Positions 38,730 through 47,833 of a stretch of 64,000 nucleotides of DNA are shown piece by piece (the stretch's first letter is position 1; each line of letters begins with the position of its first letter). Where the stretch lies: the IMG/VR virus record IMGVR_UViG_3300028048_001599; one strand, written 5' to 3'. The notes under the pieces were generated by a model. That model ran no database searches. It saw only the letters and a list, made by a program, of their open reading frames with translations, and was not told the DNA's origin. The stretch is from a virus (Duplodnaviria; Heunggongvirae; Uroviricota; Caudoviricetes). A program made the position numbers and the translations under genes.

Positions 38730-39623
38730 ATGAACAAGAAACTCATAATTGGGGTAATTACATTAGCAATTGTAGGTTCAAGTGTGGTTTGTATGTCAGC
38801 ATGTTCAAAGGAATCCAATGACACCCAAAGTTCAGTTACATCAAGTAAAATTGAAAAAGACGTGTCAAAGGATACTTCAAATGACACTTCCAATGACACT
38901 TCAAATGACACCTCAAATGACACCTCAAAGGTTGAAAAAAGTTCCTCAAAAAGTGGTGAAAACACCGTAGATGTTGATGAACCATCGTCAGTGGTATCAA
39001 AATCAAGTGAACCAATTGAGCACCTAATAGCTGCGGAAGCATCTGAGGAATCTTCAGAGTCATCTGAGAGAAAGATTAGTTCTGAGGTTAGAAATTCAAA
39101 CTTTGGCAAATTTATGTTAAACATAGGCAAAAGAATAGCAAGCGGAGCTACACTTAATGTTTCACGTGATATAAATTCAATAAAACTTGTTACTGTTGAT
39201 GACTCTATAGCTTTGGTTATTAAAGACACAAATGATGAAATAACATATTATAATGTTGTAAAGGACGGTAAATCTTTCGTTATTGACCCTAAGAATAAAA
39301 CTTATGTTATATCAGATGATTCATCACGTGCTAAGGATTTAGTAAGCACGTCAAATGATGAAATTAATAGTGGCTTAGATTACTTAAAACTTGATAAAGT
39401 CGAGGATGGCTATGAGTACTTTTCATTTGATGCTGAAGCATCATCACAAGGGGTAAATGATATTTTAATAGTCAAAGCTACCGAAGATGAATGTACGATT
39501 TATGCAAATACTCTTGACTCAACACCATATATGACATTCAAACTGTCGAAAGTATCAGACAATGATAAAAAGTTATTTGATATATCAGGTTATAATGAAA
39601 TAGACGCAGCGTCAGTAAACTAA
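38730..39623 (+). CDS. Lipoprotein, paralog family member 3
   Basis: Lipobox MSAC. DTSN repeats (12-bp tandem at about 38871..38930). Shared C-terminal domain as described above. Confidence 0.65.
   Translation: MNKKLIIGVITLAIVGSSVVCMSACSKESNDTQSSVTSSKIEKDVSKDTSNDTSNDTSNDTSNDTSKVEKSSSKSGENTVDVDEPSSVVSKSSEPIEHLIAAEASEESSESSERKISSEVRNSNFGKFMLNIGKRIASGATLNVSRDINSIKLVTVDDSIALVIKDTNDEITYYNVVKDGKSFVIDPKNKTYVISDDSSRAKDLVSTSNDEINSGLDYLKLDKVEDGYEYFSFDAEASSQGVNDILIVKATEDECTIYANTLDSTPYMTFKLSKVSDNDKKLFDISGYNEIDAASVN
38871..38930 (+). repeat. 12-bp tandem repeat (gacacttcaaat-like, about 5 copies) encoding DTSN repeats
   Basis: Visible tandem copies. Confidence 0.8.
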
Positions 39624-39630
39624 TATATAG

Positions 39631-39668
39631 TAAGTGATGGTTTTCCATCACTTATTTTTATATTTTTA
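39631..39668 (+). terminator. Rho-independent terminator
   Basis: aagtgatgg-tttt-ccatcactt followed by ATTTTTATATTTTT. Confidence 0.7.
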
Positions 39669-39678
39669 AGACTTCCTA

Positions 39679-39707
39679 TTGACATTTTAGGAATAATATG
39701 TTATAAT
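39679..39707 (+). promoter_or_regulatory. Consensus sigma-A promoter
   Basis: TTGACA, a 17-nt spacer, then TGTTATAAT. Confidence 0.7.
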
Positions 39708-39743
39708 ATAGTAAATAATAATTTTATAAAAGGGGGTAAATAT

Positions 39744-40139
39744 ATGTCATATCAGAAAAAGTACTGGCTCGAACATAAATTACCTGATAGTAATATTTGG
39801 AAAGGCTGGATAAATTTATACAGTACGTGTATAACGGATTTACCAAAAGAAATATTTGGTACATATTGGTTTGAAAAGACATCAGTAGGTTGGCGGGGTT
39901 ACTTTTGGTTAAACAATCAGACCGAACAAGACGCTGTAAACAATAACCAATTTGTAGTCACAGCAGGTATTTGGAGACCTGAAGTAACATTCAAAACACC
40001 GCCTATGTCTATGCAAGAAGCTGAAGCAAGATTACGGTACTTAGAGGAAATATCAAGCAATTACACAGTCATTCCGAGGATAATATGTAGAATTGAAGAT
40101 AGTGTGATATTGTCAAAGTGTCATGTTATGGAATATTGA
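39744..40139 (+). CDS. Hypothetical protein
   Basis: ORF with RBS AGGGGGTAA. Confidence 0.5.
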   Translation: MSYQKKYWLEHKLPDSNIWKGWINLYSTCITDLPKEIFGTYWFEKTSVGWRGYFWLNNQTEQDAVNNNQFVVTAGIWRPEVTFKTPPMSMQEAEARLRYLEEISSNYTVIPRIICRIEDSVILSKCHVMEY

Positions 40140-40171
40140 CTGTAATAAATTAGGTCAAGGGGGTAATCAAA

Positions 40172-40582
40172 ATGAAGGTAATTACAAATAAGGAATTATT
40201 ACAATTTATTCGTAGAACAACAATATCTGAACAACTAAGTCCGGTTACAGATGATATCGTGAAATTTACTGCTGTACTTAATAATTTCATGGGACCTCTT
40301 AATTCAATCGGTGTTGCTAATAAGGTTAATAAATTACTTATGTCTGCAACTGACTCTGAGGATTTGAGGCATATTTTTCAGGTTGTCAAAGTTGCAGAAA
40401 GTAGACCTGTAAATTTGGACAGATTAAATATTCAGGAATTAAGACTTTACTGTAATGCTTTTGACTATAAATATAATGAATGTCTGACAAACTCATTTGA
40501 CATGTGGTCTGAGGTATTTGGCACTGAGTTCAATAACTGCGTACGTAAGGAGATAGTGGCATACATAGAAAATTGTGATTAA
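40172..40582 (+). CDS. Hypothetical protein
   Basis: ORF with RBS AGGGGGTAAT. Confidence 0.5.
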   Translation: MKVITNKELLQFIRRTTISEQLSPVTDDIVKFTAVLNNFMGPLNSIGVANKVNKLLMSATDSEDLRHIFQVVKVAESRPVNLDRLNIQELRLYCNAFDYKYNECLTNSFDMWSEVFGTEFNNCVRKEIVAYIENCD

Positions 40583-40594
40583 TGGGGGATTCTT

Positions 40595-41048
40595 ATGTTA
40601 CATTTATACATTGGTAGAAGAAAGGGCTACTTCTTATCTGGAGATGGAGTATTCGACTTTAACTTTGACTGTTCTTATTTATTAACTGACTTCTCCAAAA
40701 AAGTAATCAAGGCAATTGATAAAAGTGAAGTAGTGGATAAGAATGTAATAGTATCTCCAATATTAGGGGGGTATTGCACCTTCATTTTTGGCAGGTAGTA
40801 CTAAGACTTTGTTAATGTTGATGTATACAGATTATAAATTTTATCTTGAGGCTATGGGTGATAATTGTTTACCCTTTTTAAAGTATATAAGCGACCAAAA
40901 AGATATTTTTATGTGTACGACAACTATACGTCCTCTGTTTATTGCTGGGTTTACTAAATTCTATGTAGAAAACACAAATGAAATTGTAACCGACGTCGAT
41001 AGATATATAGAACTTGAGATTGAATATGGTGGTGACAGAGCATGTTAG
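40595..41048 (+). pseudogene. Two overlapping ORFs (40595..40798 and 40788..41048) in frames differing by +1. This is a possible frameshifted single gene at a G6/T5 homopolymer, or a sequencing error.
   Basis: Both frames are open across 40767..40798, which contains the GGGGGG and TTTTT runs. The second ORF has only a TTG start and no RBS. Confidence 0.3.
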
Positions 41049-41458
41049 GGAAGCATACAATAAAAGCAGTGTCCAAAAACGAAACATATTTAAATGTTAA
41101 AACATTTAGGTTAGGTGGTATCAGAAAAATGGAATGTAAATATTGTGGTAACACAGACGCACATAACTTTGTACTAAGACGAAAAGGTTCTCAGACAGGT
41201 TTATATTGTGTCAACTGTGGAAAATGGCTCAAATGGGTAGGTAAAGTGGAACTAAGGGCAATAAAATCATTAGGGGTAAAAGAGGAAGTCGACCAAGAAC
41301 AGAATCAAGTACCCAACACTTTGACAAAGCAACACGACAAGTTCATCTGTACTTACTGTGGCTCAACCGAATATGAAAAACGTCAGGTCAGTATTCACAC
41401 TGGAATTTACTGTAAGACTTGTGGGAAGTGGCACTCATGGGTCAAGAAAAGTCGATAA
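41042..41458 (+). CDS. Tandem zinc-ribbon protein
   Basis: Two copies of the CxxCG...CxxCGKW module (CKYCGNT...CVNCGKW and CTYCGST...CKTCGKW). Confidence 0.55.
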   Translation: MLGKHTIKAVSKNETYLNVKTFRLGGIRKMECKYCGNTDAHNFVLRRKGSQTGLYCVNCGKWLKWVGKVELRAIKSLGVKEEVDQEQNQVPNTLTKQHDKFICTYCGSTEYEKRQVSIHTGIYCKTCGKWHSWVKKSR

Positions 41459-41465
41459 AAGACGA

Positions 41466-41499
41466 ATTGACGGTGATTCATAATCACCGTCAATTTTTA
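41466..41499 (+). terminator. Rho-independent terminator
   Basis: ttgacggtgatt-cat-aatcaccgtcaa followed by TTTTTAT. Confidence 0.75.
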
Positions 41500-41818
41500 T
41501 GGTATTTTATGGTAAAATTTGTAGAAAGCTCTACGGCTCGATTTAAGGGGATTTTCATAGCCGAGGGGTAGTTTCTCAAATATCAATAAAAAATCGCTCA
41601 CAGGGCTTCACAGGGCAAAATAGAGCTATTCTGAGGTTCAGTTGTCAGGTGGTCGGTTGATATTTGGTTGTAGTTGGTCATTATTGTTAAGTCGGTGGAA
41701 TGACAGATTTTTCCAATGTTGTATTATTTTTCGAGGACATAGAATAATTAAATACTACTTGAATTAGTACCAAAAAATTCATATGTAGCAATAATAAATT
41801 GCAAAGGAGTTGTTAAAA

Positions 41819-42700
41819 TTGTTAGTAAAAGAACTAAGGGATAATTCTGAATTACCTGAAAAATTTATAGATACTTTGCTCGAGACTTGTCCTGATTGTG
41901 GTTCGGACATGCAAATTAACGATTCACTTAGGGAATTAAGCTGTAGCAATCCTTATTGTAAAGGTAAGGTAGCACAGAGAATGGTTTCTTTACTTGCAGA
42001 TATGGGGGTAAAGAACATGGGTGAATCTCGTTGTTTGAAGTTTATTGAAGAAACAGGGTTGAAATATCCGGCATCTATTCTTCAATGGGAACCTTCAGAT
42101 GGTGACATAGGAGACTTATCCTCAGACTTCCTAAATGGTATCAAGGAACAGATAGACAGTCATCGTTCAATGATGTTGTGGGAGTATATAAAATATTCAA
42201 ATATTCCATACTTGAGGGATACGGCAAGAGAATTGTTTAAGGGGTATAATGACCTTAAACAATTTTATGCTATACTTGAATCGTATGGTGACCATGGGGT
42301 ATTTTTTATTCAGGATATACTGAAAATTAAGGATGAGGGTGTAGTATCCATAAGGGCACTGAATATTTATACTTCTCTTGTTACCTACAAGGAAGAGTTA
42401 CTCTACGGAATAAATTTCGTAAATATCATAGTTCCTCAGTCAACATTGAATGTTTGTATTTCGACTTCTGTAGGAAATGGTTACTCGTCCAAAGCAGATT
42501 TTGTAAACCAAATGAATCAGAGATATGGTGATATTTGTCACATCAACTTCTTATCTTCGGTGACTAAAAACTGTGATTATCTGATATGGTCAAAACAGGG
42601 TGCGCCCACATCAAAGGTTAATAAAGCTACGAAGTATGATATCTCAATACTGACTGGTGAGGAGTTTGAAAGAATGTTGAGGGATAAATACAATGGCTAG
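41819..42700 (+). CDS. LigA-type DNA ligase C-terminal fragment (Cys4 zinc finger plus helix-hairpin-helix region)
   Basis: CPDCGSDMQINDSLRELSCSNPYCKGK matches the LigA zinc-finger pattern CPvCGS...L.C.NP.C. It is followed by HhH-like GVKNMGESRCLKFIE. The start is TTG 41810 or 41819. Confidence 0.6.
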   Translation: MLVKELRDNSELPEKFIDTLLETCPDCGSDMQINDSLRELSCSNPYCKGKVAQRMVSLLADMGVKNMGESRCLKFIEETGLKYPASILQWEPSDGDIGDLSSDFLNGIKEQIDSHRSMMLWEYIKYSNIPYLRDTARELFKGYNDLKQFYAILESYGDHGVFFIQDILKIKDEGVVSIRALNIYTSLVTYKEELLYGINFVNIIVPQSTLNVCISTSVGNGYSSKADFVNQMNQRYGDICHINFLSSVTKNCDYLIWSKQGAPTSKVNKATKYDISILTGEEFERMLRDKYNG

Positions 42701-43253
42701 AAAGAGTAAAACATTGGATTATAGATTAAGACATGCGGCAGTTTCTTATATTACTTCATATTATCGGGACAACTTGCGTGAAATAAGGAGTTCGGAACTT
42801 TATAGTTATGTTCAAACACATAAGGAATTATCAAACTTTGATTATGTAGTTTCTGTGGACACAAAGTCGAATAGTTACTTTTCATATTTACAGAAACTAT
42901 TGAAAGAAATATGTGGTGATGGTGAGCGTGCTGCTGAAAGATATAAATACTATTACGTCAAGTCTTTATACAAGGCTTACGAGGATATAATAGGATATAG
43001 TGTAGGTGGTAGTTGGTCACAGTTGTCTTTACTGATTGCGATGTGTGCATCGTTGGATATTGATTTCAAAGACACAGGGGTATCAATAGATGTACATGTA
43101 GTAAATCTTATACATCGATTGACTAATTACATAATATCCTTGTTTATATTGTACCAGAAGTCTGAGGGGTACGGTGACTTGCTTGTTGCATGTATTGAAG
43201 GTGTGGATATAGACGATATTGTTTCCGATATCATAGAACATAGTAAAGAGTGA
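42693..43253 (+). CDS. Hypothetical protein
   Basis: ORF overlapping the upstream stop. Confidence 0.5.
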   Translation: MARKSKTLDYRLRHAAVSYITSYYRDNLREIRSSELYSYVQTHKELSNFDYVVSVDTKSNSYFSYLQKLLKEICGDGERAAERYKYYYVKSLYKAYEDIIGYSVGGSWSQLSLLIAMCASLDIDFKDTGVSIDVHVVNLIHRLTNYIISLFILYQKSEGYGDLLVACIEGVDIDDIVSDIIEHSKE

Positions 43254-43254
43254 G

Positions 43255-43632
43255 GTGATACTGTTGTCAGAGTTAGACGAGAATGTAGAAACAGAGGGTG
43301 TAGGTGTCACACCAGAAAAAGACATAACACCGATAAAGACTAAGATTATACATACTATTATTTGGTGTTCTTATTTTGTGCTTGGTATAATTATTACAAT
43401 AGTAGCAATGCTTGTACAAAAAGAAATAACGATTAACTACAGTTCTTCGCAAATACCTTTAATAGTACTAATGTTTTTATCAGTAAGTGCTCAAAAGTAT
43501 ATAGGTCTTATGGGAGCAGTAGGGGTATTTTTTGCGATTAAGCGGAAAAGTTTCCCTAAATACTTTGCATTTATTTTTGGATTTTATACAGTCCTTTTAA
43601 TATTTGCTATAATAGGAGTGGTAATACTATAA
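43255..43632 (+). CDS. Small integral membrane protein (3-4 TM helices)
   Basis: GTG start. Hydrophobic helices. Confidence 0.5.
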   Translation: MILLSELDENVETEGVGVTPEKDITPIKTKIIHTIIWCSYFVLGIIITIVAMLVQKEITINYSSSQIPLIVLMFLSVSAQKYIGLMGAVGVFFAIKRKSFPKYFAFIFGFYTVLLIFAIIGVVIL

Positions 43633-45422
43633 TGGAAAAGAAACATCGTGATATAGTGATTAAGTACATGGAGTACTTCACTGAAACAACAGGAAAATCA
43701 GTTGATGACTTTTTTGCAGAGTTGTCAGGGTCGCCATCATGGCTGACATCTAATATTGTATCAACACTGAATAATAAGGGTATAAGTAAAGATAACCTTT
43801 TTGAGTACAAGGACTTAATTCATAGGTACGATAAAAGAGTATCAAAGACTGAGGGTGAGTTTTACACACCTGCTGTATGGTGTAGAGAAGCCCATAAGTA
43901 TATCAAAGACCTTTGTGGTTCAGACTGGGGTAGAGTGAATATTTGGGATGCATCTTGTGGTACTGGAAATCTACTTGCAGAAATTGATTATCCACACGAT
44001 AAGTTGTTCTGTTCAACTTTGAATGGTGAGGACATTGATATTGTTAAGACAAGACTTCCTGATGTTGAATCCTTTAAGCTTGATTTTCTCAATGAACGTG
44101 ATTATGACGATATGAACGAGTTCTTCTCTGAAAATTTACCTAATAGTCTTAGGGAGAAACTTCGTAACAATGAACCGTTCTTGTTCTTTATGAACCCACC
44201 GTATAGTGGAAATACACAGTCAGAGGTAGCAGAAATAATGCGACAGGAAAATCTTCCCAACGCATCTGAGGCATTTTGTCAGTTCTATCATAGGATTGAC
44301 ATGCTTTGTGATTACTATAACCTCACAAATGTTTACATTGCTTTCTTCCATCCGCTTTCAAAATATAAGTACCTGTTTAACAAAACAAGTCAATACAAGT
44401 TTGAGCGTGGTTTTTGTTTTGATAGGAAGGAGTTCAAGGGGACTTCAAACTTTGATACAACATGGTATGTTGGTCTTTACTTATGGAAGTCCACTGAAGC
44501 ACCTGTAAAGATGGATTCTTTTCCATTTATAAGAAAAGAGAATCATGATGGTACTATTGTAGATTGTGAAGAAATATATGTTGGTAACGATACTGACTAT
44601 AAAAAATCGCTCAGGGGTAGTTCCTCGGTGGGGTACATGTTCCTACCTGAATGTAACGGAAATGCAATCGACACTTCAAAGTCTGTAAAGGTTAAGAAAA
44701 ATGCAATAGGCTACTTTTCAAATCCATTTATCGACAAATCATCAGCTATGACAAGTAGTTGGTTTGATACTGTACCTTATTGTGACAACTATTCAATTAC
44801 TCCTGATGTATTTTTCAAGTTTGTACCGTTTGTACTTCTTAATGGTATGCGTAGTTCTGGTGCAATTCAGAACAGTAACTTTACAATTCATAGTCCTGAC
44901 GAGGGACTGGGTTACAAGGATTGGTTAATGGATAACCTCCCTCTGTTTTTGTTCTCACGTCATGCAAGATTCAGGTCAGTAAGGGGTATTGAATACGGTG
45001 GTTCAAAAATTGACATTGCAAACTCGATGTTTCCTGCTAAAAAGACCGATGTTCAGCAGATTATTACAGACGAGGTTCTTCTTGAGGACATCAATAATTC
45101 TGAAGCTAAGAATGATTTCATTGTTCAACTTATAAAATCAAATTATAATAGTTTCAGTGCTCCTGCACGTGACTTTTTCGATTTCTGTATGGTTAATGTT
45201 CTTGACAGTCTTACAGAAAATAAGCGTAAGAGTGACAGTTATGCTGGTGGTACTCAGTGTTGGGATGCTGGTATATTCCAAGTTAGAAAGTTACCTACAT
45301 TCTGGACACCGGATAAAGAAAAGAAGTATTTTGAATTACAGAATGACCTTGTAAGCTCACTCTCAGATGGGGTATATGATTTCGGACTTGTAGACAAGGG
45401 TTGGAAAAAAGAAGTATTTTGA
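43632..45422 (+). CDS. Gamma-class N6-adenine DNA methyltransferase with a long C-terminal (target-recognition-like) region
   Basis: Motif I IWDASCGTGNLL (D/E-x-xCGxGxFL) lies upstream of motif IV FFMNPPYSGN (NPPY). This order is that of the gamma class (Type IIG / HsdM / PglX-like). It is 596 aa with no nuclease motif seen. The 3' end is modified by an 88-bp tandem duplication. Confidence 0.7.
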   Translation: MEKKHRDIVIKYMEYFTETTGKSVDDFFAELSGSPSWLTSNIVSTLNNKGISKDNLFEYKDLIHRYDKRVSKTEGEFYTPAVWCREAHKYIKDLCGSDWGRVNIWDASCGTGNLLAEIDYPHDKLFCSTLNGEDIDIVKTRLPDVESFKLDFLNERDYDDMNEFFSENLPNSLREKLRNNEPFLFFMNPPYSGNTQSEVAEIMRQENLPNASEAFCQFYHRIDMLCDYYNLTNVYIAFFHPLSKYKYLFNKTSQYKFERGFCFDRKEFKGTSNFDTTWYVGLYLWKSTEAPVKMDSFPFIRKENHDGTIVDCEEIYVGNDTDYKKSLRGSSSVGYMFLPECNGNAIDTSKSVKVKKNAIGYFSNPFIDKSSAMTSSWFDTVPYCDNYSITPDVFFKFVPFVLLNGMRSSGAIQNSNFTIHSPDEGLGYKDWLMDNLPLFLFSRHARFRSVRGIEYGGSKIDIANSMFPAKKTDVQQIITDEVLLEDINNSEAKNDFIVQLIKSNYNSFSAPARDFFDFCMVNVLDSLTENKRKSDSYAGGTQCWDAGIFQVRKLPTFWTPDKEKKYFELQNDLVSSLSDGVYDFGLVDKGWKKEVF

Positions 45423-45502
45423 ATTACAGAATGACCTTGTAAGCTCACTCTCAGATGGGGTATATGATTTCGGACTTGTAGACAAGGGTTGGAAAAAAGA
45501 AG
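45319..45502 (+). repeat. Perfect 88-bp tandem duplication (two copies: 45327..45414 and 45415..45502, plus 8 shared flanking bases)
   Basis: Identical 88-mers TATTTTGAATTACAGAATGACC...GGTTGGAAAAAAGAAG are directly adjacent. 88 is not a multiple of 3, so copy 2 puts a TGA in frame and ends the MTase ORF. Confidence 0.9.
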
Positions 45503-45514
45503 GGGGTAATTAAA

Positions 45515-46144
45515 ATGAGACATTTAGATAGTGACACTAAAACAGCGATAAATCGTCTGCGTAGTGTTCTTCAGCATAAAACAATCAAATTCGGGGTATT
45601 TAATAATGTACTCGATATCGAAAAGACTGGTTCTGTTGTTTCTTCAAGTGTGAGCGAGGCTTGTGCTGACGGTCTTTATTCTGAGACAGACTCAAACATA
45701 GCTTTGGATATTACATATGTTACAGCAAAAACAAACATGGTAAATCAGCCTGAATGTCCTCAGCAGTCAATGCACCTGTTACTTCTTCCTACTACAGCGG
45801 ACAAAACATTCCCTGAAATGGTAGAAGTAAAGATGTTTGGCTCTTGTGGTAAACCGTCTACGGTGGGGGTAAATAAAGATACTGGCGATGTTTATCTTGT
45901 TTACGTCTTTGATAAGGAAATACAATTTTTACATTTCGGTACTCTATCTCAGATGGATAAAGAATTTGTCGTATCTGATGACAACATGACAACACCTTAT
46001 GAGTTTGGTATTTTCAAAGCAGCACTTTATAGATTTATCACACGTGACAATGGTTGGGATAATTTAAGAAATAGTATGTATATTCAGTTTAATCTGTCGC
46101 CTATTGTTCGTATGGCAGTTGGTAACGAGCCTGACGACAATTAA
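45515..46144 (+). CDS. Hypothetical protein
   Basis: ORF with RBS AGGGGGTAAT. Confidence 0.55.
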   Translation: MRHLDSDTKTAINRLRSVLQHKTIKFGVFNNVLDIEKTGSVVSSSVSEACADGLYSETDSNIALDITYVTAKTNMVNQPECPQQSMHLLLLPTTADKTFPEMVEVKMFGSCGKPSTVGVNKDTGDVYLVYVFDKEIQFLHFGTLSQMDKEFVVSDDNMTTPYEFGIFKAALYRFITRDNGWDNLRNSMYIQFNLSPIVRMAVGNEPDDN

Positions 46145-46158
46145 GTAAGGAGTCTGTT

Positions 46159-47187
46159 ATGCTTGAACAGATAAAATCATTACCTGATTCTATATGTAAT
46201 ATAATCGAATATTCAAACTGTAGTTCTGTTGAATATATAGCACAGCAGTTAATTATGGATAGATACATCATATCTCCTAATTACACAAACAATGTAGCAT
46301 CTGCTAAATTATTGAAAGACTGCATTAGTGAATCAAACACACTACCACTTCAAGGTAATCGTTGGTTAATAATTGTGGACGTAGATAAATTGGGGGTATC
46401 TGAAAGTTTAAAATCCATGGATTCTGTTGTTGCTACATCTGTTGTGATTTATCTTACGCACAATTATCGAACATTCAGAACGTTGATTGATAGTAGACAA
46501 TACAAACAGCAAGGTAGCACAAACTTTGCAACTCAGTTATACCTTGGTAAGTTGACTGATGCTTCGATTGATTTATTGTATGAATATTATATGAGAGGTA
46601 AAACTCAGGTAGAGCGTGATGTATTCTCAAGTAAGTTAATGAGATACATTAAGAAAAACTATAAATTTAACGCTGACCTTGTATGTGAATTATTCAGTAA
46701 AATCAAGGACGGTGCAAAACCTGTAAGTGAGAAGGAGATTATCGAATTAGTAGGTGTAGGGGGTAACACGCCACAGGCACTAACGATATCCTTATTAACC
46801 ACAACAACAAAATCAGTCGAGGGTAAAAAGCGGTTTTTGAAGAAAAATCTTATGTTGTTTAATGACTTGTCAATAAAATATAGTTATGAAACAACGTATA
46901 GTTATATGATAGCAACACTTAAAGGTATTATAGATATCAAGGAACTTCAGATAAGTGGAAAATATTTTGAGTTTTTCAAAAATATACCTGATAGTTACCC
47001 CGAAAAACGTCTAAAAAGAATAAACAGACTGCATAGATTTGAATATATAATACTTAATAGAATTTCATTGAGACGTGCTTTGGTTCTTCTTAAATGTATG
47101 CAGTCTAATGATTTTGACAAGGAACAAGTAATACTCAGAGGAATTTACGAATATACTAATAGGTTGGGATGTGGCGACAGTGAATAA
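46159..47187 (+). CDS. Hypothetical protein (342 aa)
   Basis: ORF with RBS AAGGAGT. Confidence 0.55.
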   Translation: MLEQIKSLPDSICNIIEYSNCSSVEYIAQQLIMDRYIISPNYTNNVASAKLLKDCISESNTLPLQGNRWLIIVDVDKLGVSESLKSMDSVVATSVVIYLTHNYRTFRTLIDSRQYKQQGSTNFATQLYLGKLTDASIDLLYEYYMRGKTQVERDVFSSKLMRYIKKNYKFNADLVCELFSKIKDGAKPVSEKEIIELVGVGGNTPQALTISLLTTTTKSVEGKKRFLKKNLMLFNDLSIKYSYETTYSYMIATLKGIIDIKELQISGKYFEFFKNIPDSYPEKRLKRINRLHRFEYIILNRISLRRALVLLKCMQSNDFDKEQVILRGIYEYTNRLGCGDSE

Positions 47188-47833
47188 AACAAATGCAACT
47201 TCACCTAATGAATTTTATTCTAAGGTGAAAGGTAAGTACCTTGATGATTGCGACCTTGACTCATTGTCAAGTGAGTTGAAAGGCTTAGTAAATAAATCAA
47301 GGGGTGCAAGGGATGCAAAGCGTAAGGCTGGTTTCACAGATATAGACAAAAACATTGAGACATTTAAGTCTGATATAACTGACATTGATGAAACTGTCAA
47401 TGGTTCAGATTTTGAGGACGTTGACGACTTTGAAGAATCCGAATATTCTGACAGCACTATAGAAAGTGAAAACGAGGATGATATAATTATAGACGAAACC
47501 GATGACGTTGATGACATTGACGAAATGGACGGTATTGGAGTCGATCCAGTACCTGAACCAAAGAAGAAAACTTTAATTAGTGACGCAAGGAACAATGAAG
47601 ATGCTATGGTAAAGGTTGGAATGATAACTTGTATAATTATCTTCTTGGTTATACAGGCATGCTTTGTAATACTATGGGGTATTGACGGTTTTCCACAGGA
47701 AAGAACATTTGGTGTATTTATTCCTACAATAGTTATTGTAGTTCTATACGGTATCATAACAATAGTTGACCTTATAAGGTTTATTAGATATACTATTAAA
47801 ACAAACAAGTCGAAAGGTGGTAAAGACAAATGA
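47171..47833 (+). CDS. Acidic protein with C-terminal TM helices
   Basis: GTG start. D/E-rich middle region. C-terminal hydrophobic helices and a basic tail. Confidence 0.5.
   Translation: MATVNKTNATSPNEFYSKVKGKYLDDCDLDSLSSELKGLVNKSRGARDAKRKAGFTDIDKNIETFKSDITDIDETVNGSDFEDVDDFEESEYSDSTIESENEDDIIIDETDDVDDIDEMDGIGVDPVPEPKKKTLISDARNNEDAMVKVGMITCIIIFLVIQACFVILWGIDGFPQERTFGVFIPTIVIVVLYGIITIVDLIRFIRYTIKTNKSKGGKDK

Noticed and set aside
41460-41818. tRNA genes in the intergenic regions (also 50681..50940 and 62195..62414)
   Set aside because: No cloverleaf-compatible segments or GTTCRA T-loop motifs were found by eye. This needs tRNAscan to be sure.
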